The notes under the pieces: generated by a model | Seen by the model: only the letters and a program-made list of their open reading frames with translations | Told to the model about the DNA's origin: nothing | Databases searched by the model: none | Program-made: the position numbers and the translations under genes | Shown: in pieces, positions 45,001 through 52,005 of the stretch | Layout: each line of letters starts with the position of its first letter | Numbering within the stretch: position 1 is the first letter of the stretch | Origin: Candidatus Coatesbacteria bacterium | GTDB taxonomy: Bacteria; JAFGND01 | Length of the DNA stretch: 64,000 nucleotides | Assembly (NCBI GenBank): GCA_016927185.1 | Contig: JAFGND010000060.1 | Location: 36,035-100,034 of the forward strand | Direction of reading: 5' to 3'

Positions 45001-47047
45001 CGAAGACATCCTCGTTTTCCTTCTTTTTTGAAGCTATATCAGATGGACTTCTTGCATAATCCTTCTGTTCGAGATTAAGTGCCTGCAATACATGATTTCC
45101 TATGTTTGAATAATCCAGTCCTTCATTACTGCTTTTTACAGCAGCGTATATTGCAGATCTCAGTCTTATATTCTCTACAAAGCTATTGAAATGACCAGAC
45201 TGGAATGCTGCATCCTGTCTGTTGTCAATAAAACATAATACTTTGCTTTCCTCTTTACTTAGTTCGCTTTTCTGCATGGATTTTAATGTAGATAAGACTA
45301 TGATATCACTGGCAGTGCTTCTTCCTTCGTCTCCAAGTCTAAGTAATTTTGTTCTTTCTTTTGTATATTTGCTATAGAATTCCTTGCTTGTCGGATCAAA
45401 TAACAGATTACAGGGCATATACCAGCCTGAATAATCTAAATCCTTCTCTTGTGAATATGAAAATCTGCAATCACTATTGAAGAATATTCGTCTGGGAAGC
45501 CTTTTTTCTATTTCCTTTTTGATGATCTGTTCAGATCCTTTGAAATCAAACCATTCAACAGGAAGATTCTCCTTCTCAGTATCGTCCCAGACATCCTGAT
45601 ATGGAATTATATATCCTGATTCTTCATTATCTTCCTCATCAAAAGAATCAGCAAATTCCCTCGGAATAAGCTTATCTTTGCTTAATTTCACGCAATAGAA
45701 TTCATAACCAGATAATCTGCTGAAAACAACAGGAAAAAATGTTTTACCGATTTCATTGCCAGCTTCAGCTTTTACATCTAAATAATCCCTGTTAAGAGTT
45801 GCATAAATTGCTCCTTTGGGAGCTATGAATTGATGAAGTTTGAAAGGTAAATATGCTTGATTGAATTTCTTATTTATTTGTGTAATAGAATGAAGCAATT
45901 CCTTTATTCTTGAAATGCAAAAGTCTATATCCCTGCCAATCTTTTCAGCGAGCTTTTCTGCAATTTCATTAAATCTCATCGGTTCATTTCTTCTTAGAAC
46001 TCCGTCCTTTTCAATTAATGCAATTTCATTTTCAAGCCAGCATGCAAATAATGATTTTTTAATATTTTCAGTATTTTCGGTTATTCTTGCACTTGAGAAA
46101 TTGATTATATCTTTTAACAGGTCATTTTTAGAGATACTCTCCGAGTATAGAAAGTACTTGCTTAATGTTTCATCTATTATTGAATTTGTTTCAAAAGGTC
46201 TTCCAAATATCAATGTTGCTACATCAGCTATTTTCTTCTTGTCTTGATGCAAATCCTTTTCAGAAGTCATTGTTGCTGAAGTTCCTATGAATACTAGCTT
46301 TTGTCTTGCTTTTGAACTTAAACGTCTTATTAGTATTGCTACATCTGATCCTTGTCTTCCCCTATAAGTATGCAATTCATCAAGTACAAGAAATTTGAGA
46401 TTGTTGAAAATAGATTCCCTTAAAACGCTTTCACTTGCTCTGGTCAATATTAAATCCAGCATGACATAATTAGTTAGAATGATATCAGGTGGATTTTCCT
46501 GAATCTCATCTTTCTCTACTTTACTTTCTTGTCCTGTATAAATTCTGCAAGAGATTGGATATTTGATTTCAGAATTATTTATGTATCTCTCCATCTCTTT
46601 ATTTTGAGAATTAATAAGTGCATTCATAGGATAGACAACTATACCTTTTATTCCCTTTTCTTTTCGTTTTAATGCATAATTTACAATGGAAAAGAAATAA
46701 ATCAGGGATTTGCCAGAGCCTGTTCCTGATGTTACAATGAAATCCTCTTCTTTTACTCCCTTTTTTATACCTTCTATTTGATGTTGAAATAGTCTGGGGA
46801 TTTTAAATATATTGGATAATTCCTTATCAAGAGATTCTTTTCTACATAATTCTTCAATTGTTGAACCAGTTTTAAAAGCAGGATTGAATTTTATATATGG
46901 TTCAGGAAAACACACTCTCTTTTCAAATTCCTCATCCAAGAAATCTTTTATTTTCTCATTTTTCAAGTTGACAGGTGTTTTGATATAAGATTTATAATCA
47001 TTTCTTATTGATTCATAGATATTAAATATATCAATTGTGTTTTCCAT
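42014..47047 (-). CDS. 1677-aa DExH helicase with a DUF1998-like region and a C-terminal DUF559/Vsr-like endonuclease domain
   Basis: Motif I is IVTSGTGSGKSL, motif II is FLVLDELHTYRG, motif III is GTSATM and motif VI is YAQRSGRAGRSGQ. Further downstream lie YPYRYLASEGFLPGFNFSRLP and CRNTGY...CPFCQ. The C-terminus has CDFFYKPDILVFIDGSVHEKDDVKERDKEQRTSLKESGYHVIVYDY. Confidence 0.7.
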   Translation of the reverse strand: MENTIDIFNIYESIRNDYKSYIKTPVNLKNEKIKDFLDEEFEKRVCFPEPYIKFNPAFKTGSTIEELCRKESLDKELSNIFKIPRLFQHQIEGIKKGVKEEDFIVTSGTGSGKSLIYFFSIVNYALKRKEKGIKGIVVYPMNALINSQNKEMERYINNSEIKYPISCRIYTGQESKVEKDEIQENPPDIILTNYVMLDLILTRASESVLRESIFNNLKFLVLDELHTYRGRQGSDVAILIRRLSSKARQKLVFIGTSATMTSEKDLHQDKKKIADVATLIFGRPFETNSIIDETLSKYFLYSESISKNDLLKDIINFSSARITENTENIKKSLFACWLENEIALIEKDGVLRRNEPMRFNEIAEKLAEKIGRDIDFCISRIKELLHSITQINKKFNQAYLPFKLHQFIAPKGAIYATLNRDYLDVKAEAGNEIGKTFFPVVFSRLSGYEFYCVKLSKDKLIPREFADSFDEEDNEESGYIIPYQDVWDDTEKENLPVEWFDFKGSEQIIKKEIEKRLPRRIFFNSDCRFSYSQEKDLDYSGWYMPCNLLFDPTSKEFYSKYTKERTKLLRLGDEGRSTASDIIVLSTLKSMQKSELSKEESKVLCFIDNRQDAAFQSGHFNSFVENIRLRSAIYAAVKSSNEGLDYSNIGNHVLQALNLEQKDYARSPSDIASKKKENEDVFVNYLLYKIIDDLRFEWKTAFPNLEQCALLEIEYKNLKEISEDVFTGKCKIFNGITKEKRQELLFQIFDYFRKNYAIYSESLMNYGKIDINMKRINELLSEEYRFENDNKIDEPYIFTIRSIKKARKVRYAKTLGFQSYLGKYLRNELKENTYLLNKDEYALCMEELFDVLSKNGFLRKDKLYSNNEEIFTYQLELNNIVWKRGNEKTVLPDPVRTPFRSTLEILPNEYFQNLYRESFFIPITAREHTGQISSEKRREIEEEFRKGNVNALFCSPTMELGIDISTLNVVYMRNVPPSPSNYAQRSGRAGRSGQPAIIFTYCTPFSPHDRHYFANSREMVSGTVKTANMDLTNKELLETHLNSICLSYANLDLRNSLRDIVDIEKEGLPLKEESKQQLNLNNATKKEIFDVFSRVTEDIRNNHPKDLSWLNPEWINNQIDHLCDNFDMALKRFRELYSSANAQLKTALNDMQNHFLKKTSEKWIDAEIRVKQAKIQLDFLMNDSKNKGSSYNSDFYPYRYLASEGFLPGFNFSRLPIWTYISDGIKGEYISRARGIAINESGPQNLIYHSGSKYRITKMILPTEERDVLNRIEKAKVCRNTGYIMIKDEFSKDICPFCQKTFNDTQPLVNLNNLIELQNMKTERSSRISCEEENRISKGYEIKTLFASPDGLEKATEILIGDLFKARYIPSALLYRVNSKWTTKDEEGFLLNYKNGDWGSEKETGNQDFRRVKLYTTFISDIIYLEPTDAINIEEWNSGGNITFLYSLISGINKEYNAEEGEIGGEMIGEGNKRNILLFENVEGSLGILKSFTEEFKRFTNVFANAYEICRFDDEEYKDLASYDDLLSYYNQRHHNEIDRFKIKELLDVLIKSRITIKQTLSNESYEEQHERIRSKVDKNSATESVFLEFLFKNGLKLPDDAQVRTKDIYSCCDFFYKPDILVFIDGSVHEKDDVKERDKEQRTSLKESGYHVIVYDYKDNLDDWVAKYKYIFKKVR

Positions 47048-47324
47048 ATTTCACCTTTCTTAAATCCTTTTAAAATTCGCCATATTAAAAGCATACTTAT
47101 GTCAAGCCAATAATATTTGTTAGTAATGAAAACTAAAAGTATAGCAGACTGATGTTTTGCATCCTGCAATTCAAGGCATTAGAACTGCATTCTATTTTAC
47201 GAAAGTCAATGCACTAACTTAAATTAATAATGCATTAACAATGAAAGAGTAATTCTTAATTTGCTTTCTTTCAAGTATATATGGAGAAATATGAACAGAA
47301 AATTTAAACTTTCACTATCAAGAT

Positions 47325-48125
47325 TTACCTAAATGCCTTCCCCTCAAGAATAAAATTCTTTACATTCTGAATATTTTCCTCATATCTTAAACCTTCAAAT
47401 TTAATTGGTTCTTTAGTTATTGTCTTTTTCCCTTCATATAACCTTAATCCTTCAGGAGATGCAATCCCAAAACGTTTTACATTCATTTTTTGGGCATACC
47501 TACTTGCTTGCTTAAAGGCTCTCTGTATACCAGCATTGCTTTTTATAGTTTTTTTATCCTCAAATAAAAAGACTCCTTTTCCATTACGCAATATGAGAAA
47601 GTCTATATGCCTGTCTTTGAAAAAACCTTCATGGAAATATTGATATTTATAGTCTTTTTCTTTTACAAAACCTAGTGACTTGAGAAATATCCTTTCCATG
47701 ATTTTCTTATCGAACTCAATTTCTTTCTTATTTGTAAAATTTTGTATATCACTGTACCATAGTTCTTTGAATTGAGTGAAATCAAATTTCTTTCCTTCTA
47801 ACACATTATCAATTCCCTTGGCATATTTTTCTATTTTTTCTGCTCCTTTTGATATCAAAAATTCTGCAATTTCCCTATGCTCATTATAACAAGCATACAC
47901 TAAAGCATTTGCTCCCCTTTTATTAATCCTGTTTATTTCTGCACCATTTTCAATTATAATTTTGACTATCTCCCTGTGACCATTTAAACAAGCCATTGTT
48001 AATGGTGAATTTTTTTCTTCATTGTATATATTAACATCTATCCTATTTGAAACAGCTTCTTTCACTTTCTCCAATTTTCCTTTTTCTGCAGCTTCAAACA
48101 AGTCTCTACTATCTTTGTTGTCCAT
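47325..48125 (-). CDS. Ankyrin-repeat protein fused to a C-terminal HsdR-N-like PD-(D/E)xK domain
   Basis: Ankyrin repeats are present (SPLTMACLNGHREIVKIIIENGAEIN, GANALVYACYNEHREIAEFLISKGA). The C-terminus has ERIFLKSLGF...IDFLIL...VFLFEDKK...QASRYAQ...FGIASPEGLRLYE. Confidence 0.65.
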   Translation of the reverse strand: MDNKDSRDLFEAAEKGKLEKVKEAVSNRIDVNIYNEEKNSPLTMACLNGHREIVKIIIENGAEINRINKRGANALVYACYNEHREIAEFLISKGAEKIEKYAKGIDNVLEGKKFDFTQFKELWYSDIQNFTNKKEIEFDKKIMERIFLKSLGFVKEKDYKYQYFHEGFFKDRHIDFLILRNGKGVFLFEDKKTIKSNAGIQRAFKQASRYAQKMNVKRFGIASPEGLRLYEGKKTITKEPIKFEGLRYEENIQNVKNFILEGKAFR

Positions 48126-48180
48126 AAAAACTTCCTTTCTTTTTTTCCCTTGATTTTATACTATAACCAACAAAACCTTC

Positions 48181-48588
48181 CTATTTTTCTGAATCCTTTA
48201 ATAAATCCTTATTCATCAATGCTTTATATAGCTCCAGTGAGATTTCATAAATATGCTTTTCAAGATATTTCTGGTCTTTCCAGTCTTTTCTTGACAAGAA
48301 TTCATTTGAGAACTTCTCAAAAGGCTCATTACTTGCTTTATGGTTTTCAAAAAGGTAAAACAGTGTCAAAAGAACGTGATCCCCTAAAGATGAAGTATAC
48401 CATGCTGGAGGGATATATGAATTGAAAACTTTCTGATTGAATTGCATGGAAAACTTAGCTTGTGGAATAAAATCAAAGAAATCATTTTCCGCAATCCCAC
48501 AGGATGGGCAAACAATGCCTCTTTTGAACGGAATATAATGAGCCTGACATTTGCTGCATTGATGATTATAAAATATATGATGTGTCAT
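48181..48588 (-). CDS. Hypothetical Zn-ribbon protein
   Basis: CSKC-x14-CPSC is at the N-terminus. I recognise no family. It lies downstream of the McrC-like gene on the same strand. Confidence 0.4.
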   Translation of the reverse strand: MTHHIFYNHQCSKCQAHYIPFKRGIVCPSCGIAENDFFDFIPQAKFSMQFNQKVFNSYIPPAWYTSSLGDHVLLTLFYLFENHKASNEPFEKFSNEFLSRKDWKDQKYLEKHIYEISLELYKALMNKDLLKDSEK

Positions 48589-48674
48589 CTGTTCTCCTTT
48601 AATACGGTTTTCTCAAACAGCTCACAATTATAAACAAACAGATCCTTAATATTGATATGTACTTAAAATTCCCT

Positions 48675-49598
48675 TCATTTTAATCCCATTTTTTCTATTG
48701 CTTCATTTATTCCATTTCTGACATTTTCCTTCAAGTCCATGCCAATAGCTATTATGCAGACATTGTTTTCTGTTGTTTCTGAGAACTCTATTTCGCTCTT
48801 GGGATACAAGAGATATGCTATTTTGCAATCCTGTTGAGTTGCATAAAAAGAAACCTGGTAAATATCATCATTTGATGGTTCACTTGCATCCTTGTACTTT
48901 GTATCTAAAATGTATTTTGTCTCAGTTTCAAGATGCCTCAGCAACAAATCAATCTTGCAATCCTTTTTACCAAATCTGAATTCCTTCTGTGCTTCTATAT
49001 CCAAGAATTCCTTCATATGCTTCTTGAAGTATGAAGCAACAAATTTTTCAAATAACAAGGGCATGTCTATTACAAAAGGGATCATCCTTTCATCACCATA
49101 TTCATGAGAAGGGGAGAGTAAATCAAGAAAGAATGCACACAGATTATGAATGGGAACATAATCCTCATTTAGCCTGTTATAATTCAATACATGGCAATCA
49201 TGAGATGTAAAATGCTGCAAATTTATACATCCTGCAAGTATACGGAAACAATACATTACGTTGTTAGAGACAAAGTCATCTTTTATTATATTCCTGAGAA
49301 GATATAGAGTATAAAGGATTATCCTGTTTTCTTTTATATCAATTGTATTAAGTCTGTACAGACATGGGATTTTAAGTAATACCGGATTACTTATCATGTC
49401 ATTGATTTTCAGTCTACCCCTTAGATAGTCCTCATTTCCGTCATATCCTAAATAAGTCTTATATAGCCCCTTCTTTATCCTTTCATCAACCAAGTCTGTC
49501 AGATGCTTTGCTATCCTGTTTAATATCTCGTCAAAAGTCTTTGTTTCTGTTTGACCAATTATTTCAAAAATATCAAGCTCATATACGTAATCAAGCAT
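48675..49598 (-). CDS. McrC-like PD-(D/E)xK restriction-system component; no McrB partner present
   Basis: YLRGRLKINDMI, IPFVIDMPLLFEKFVASYF and KIDLLL...YILDTKYKD...DDIYQVSFYA are present. At 307 aa it is shorter than the McrC proteins I recall. Confidence 0.55.
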   Translation of the reverse strand: MLDYVYELDIFEIIGQTETKTFDEILNRIAKHLTDLVDERIKKGLYKTYLGYDGNEDYLRGRLKINDMISNPVLLKIPCLYRLNTIDIKENRIILYTLYLLRNIIKDDFVSNNVMYCFRILAGCINLQHFTSHDCHVLNYNRLNEDYVPIHNLCAFFLDLLSPSHEYGDERMIPFVIDMPLLFEKFVASYFKKHMKEFLDIEAQKEFRFGKKDCKIDLLLRHLETETKYILDTKYKDASEPSNDDIYQVSFYATQQDCKIAYLLYPKSEIEFSETTENNVCIIAIGMDLKENVRNGINEAIEKMGLK

Positions 49599-49667
49599 CT
49601 CAAATACATTCTTTATCGGGATCTTGGGATTAACTATTACTACCCCGAAGATGAGAGATTGAAAGAA

Positions 49668-50408
49668 ATGACGAAGTTGGAAACAACAATGTCTGAAAAT
49701 ATTGGAATATTTGAAAATGCAACTAACAAAATGCTAGAACAACTTGATAAGACTTCAAATACACTTCTGGATGCATCAAACAACATGACGGAACCTGTAA
49801 ATAATCTTAATGAAACCTTGAAATCTTTTGATGAGCTTAATAAAACATCCCAAGACTTGGTTATAAATGCCAATGATATCTATGGAAGGATTAACAAATC
49901 TAACGAATCTATTAATGATTTGCTTGGAAAACTGGATTCTCAATTATATAAGATAGCTGAAGATGATAAAAACAGAATTGATGCATTGAAGGAATTTACA
50001 GACAAGCTTGTTACAATCATTTCAGAGCTGAAACCTGTCAAAGATGGAATTAGTAATAATTTGGCTGATTTTCACAAGCAGTTGAAAGATGGTCAGAAAA
50101 ATATGGAAGATATGATTTTGAATATCGAAAACCTAAAAACTTCATTAGATTATTTAAACGCAACTATAGAAAAAATGAAAGAATCTCTGGAAGAGATAAA
50201 TACAAAACGTACTGAAAAAGTCATCAGTATGTTTGAGGAATGGGATAATCTGACAATCAGATTGACAAACGTAAATGAAAAAATTTCTGAGTATCAGAAA
50301 AATCTTAAGGATATGATTAATATGGAGAGAAGGGAATATAATAATTTGAATATAGTAATGGAGAATTTTGCAAATCATATAAAATCGCTGGTTGAAAATG
50401 CTCAATAG
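49668..50408 (+). CDS. Coiled-coil protein with no TM segment
   Basis: The sequence is heptad-like and rich in N, K, E and L throughout (LNETLKSFDELNKTSQDL...IENLKTSLDYLNATIEKMKESLEEI). The start is taken at the ATG at 49668, because the track start (TTG at 49551) overlaps the McrC-like gene. Its stop is within 1-17 nt of the next start. Confidence 0.45.
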   Translation: MTKLETTMSENIGIFENATNKMLEQLDKTSNTLLDASNNMTEPVNNLNETLKSFDELNKTSQDLVINANDIYGRINKSNESINDLLGKLDSQLYKIAEDDKNRIDALKEFTDKLVTIISELKPVKDGISNNLADFHKQLKDGQKNMEDMILNIENLKTSLDYLNATIEKMKESLEEINTKRTEKVISMFEEWDNLTIRLTNVNEKISEYQKNLKDMINMERREYNNLNIVMENFANHIKSLVENAQ

Positions 50409-51225
50409 AATGACTGAATATAATTATTCTGACGAAAGCCCTTGGTGGCAGGCATTAGGTGATGCATTTGTAGGATTTGCTGGATTGATGATGGGCATTT
50501 TTATCTTATTTTATGCTTTATCTACATTACTGATGAAAGTAACAGATGAGCAAAATAAAGTTACTAACGAAATGAAGAAGAAATTAAACATGATAATAGA
50601 AAGATCTGTAATAAAAGACAATATATTGTTTGGAAGTGGAAGTCATTCTTTAAAACCTTATGCTTATTATGAAATAAGGATCGCTTTAGAAAAACTCAGA
50701 AAAAATTATCAAAAAAAAACCAATGAGTTTATAAATCAAAAAGAAGCACCTCCAACAATTAGATATCTTGTTATTATTGGACATACTGATTCTGACCCGA
50801 TTGGAAGATCAAAAAAAAATGCAAAAGACAATTGGGATTTATCTACTCGTCGTGCAAGAGCTATTGCTGATTTCCTATCCAACAGTGAGTATGGAAGAGA
50901 AATATTAAGACAAAATGGTTTTCAAGAAGTTAATATTATGATTGCAGGAAGATCCTATTTTGAACCGCATATTGATAATATAAAATCATTTTTAAAAAAT
51001 GATAGAAAATACAATAAATATGTCTGGTGGTATAAAGAGAAGTATGTCAAAACAAATTTAATGAGTGAAGAGGATTACTTAAAGAGAGAACCTGTTTTTA
51101 TCTGGGAATTTCTGTATAATAATTATACAAATGAAGCATTACTAGATAGAATTGAAGATTTTGCTAATAATACTAAAAGAAAAATGGAAAAAAATCGAAG
51201 AATTGAATTCGCAATAGAAATGTAG
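50392..51225 (+). CDS. MotB/OmpA-family peptidoglycan-binding membrane protein
   Basis: The N-terminal TM is preceded by Asp (WWQALGDAFVGFAGLMMGIFILFYAL). The OmpA-like block is LFGSGSHSLKP...LVIIGHTDSDPIG...NWDLSTRRARAIADFL...NRRIEFAI. Confidence 0.7.
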   Translation: MKMLNRMTEYNYSDESPWWQALGDAFVGFAGLMMGIFILFYALSTLLMKVTDEQNKVTNEMKKKLNMIIERSVIKDNILFGSGSHSLKPYAYYEIRIALEKLRKNYQKKTNEFINQKEAPPTIRYLVIIGHTDSDPIGRSKKNAKDNWDLSTRRARAIADFLSNSEYGREILRQNGFQEVNIMIAGRSYFEPHIDNIKSFLKNDRKYNKYVWWYKEKYVKTNLMSEEDYLKREPVFIWEFLYNNYTNEALLDRIEDFANNTKRKMEKNRRIEFAIEM

Positions 51226-51292
51226 AGATAAATAGCAATCTTTATGAAATTTTTCAAGTTTACCCCTTTGTCAAGACTAAAATTTACCTTTG

Positions 51293-51821
51293 CTAATGTG
51301 TAACATTTCCTGAACCCACTATCATCCTTTTGCGTAAGTAAAAGGATTTGTGATTGTTAATACTACCATTTTCCTCACCATATACCTCATCTGGTGTCCT
51401 GTAATTCAATGATTGATGAGGTCTTATCTCATTATAGAACCAGAAGTAACTGTTTATGCTTTCCTGCATTCCTTCAGATCTTTATATTCCTTGAGATAAA
51501 CCTCCTCGTATTTCAAACTCCTCCTGATTCTTTCTATGAACTCATTATCTATTGCTCTGCCTTTACCATCCATGCTTATTCGTATCCCATGTTCCTTGAG
51601 TTTCCCTGTGAAATCATTACTACTGAACTGGCTACCCTGATCAGTATTGAATATCTCTGGCGTGCAATATCTATCTATTGCTTCTTCCAGCTGTTTATCT
51701 GGTTGGGATGAACTTCATATATGTTTGACAATTCTGCTATTGTCTTCTCGCCCTTGATATCTTCTAAGGTTACCCTCACCTTAAAGGCGTTTTCATAATG
51801 TTTTCTCTTCTTCTTTTTCAT
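51293..51821 (-). mobile_element. Decayed IS3-family insertion sequence remnant (OrfA HTH fragment joined to an rve C-terminal fragment; internally deleted and frameshifted)
   Basis: My minus-strand translation gives MKKKKRKHYENAFKVRVTLEDIKGEKTIAELSNIYEVHPNQINSWKKQ* (HTH_Tnp_1-like). In another frame it gives PEIFNTDQGSQFSSNDF...ISMDGKGRAIDNEFIERIRRSLKYEEVYL...*. After a further frameshift it gives SYFWFYNEIRPHQSLNYRTPDEVY. The N-terminal part of the DDE core is missing. Confidence 0.8.
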
Positions 51822-52005
51822 AGTCCCTTTTCTAAACTCCTTGACTTTTTATTCAAGTACTTCTACACCTTAGAACATAGTACTATTTTCGAGGTGCAGC
51901 TCATACATTAGGTCAAAAGAGGGTGAATAATTAGGTTTGAATAATTGATCAAGATTTATAAACGATATTTTCAGTATAAAATTAGCTAAATGAAAGGATT
52001 GAAGA

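Noticed and set aside
51394-51711. 105-aa plus-strand ORF
   Set aside because: It is antisense to the IS3-family remnant, whose minus-strand translation gives recognisable transposase blocks.
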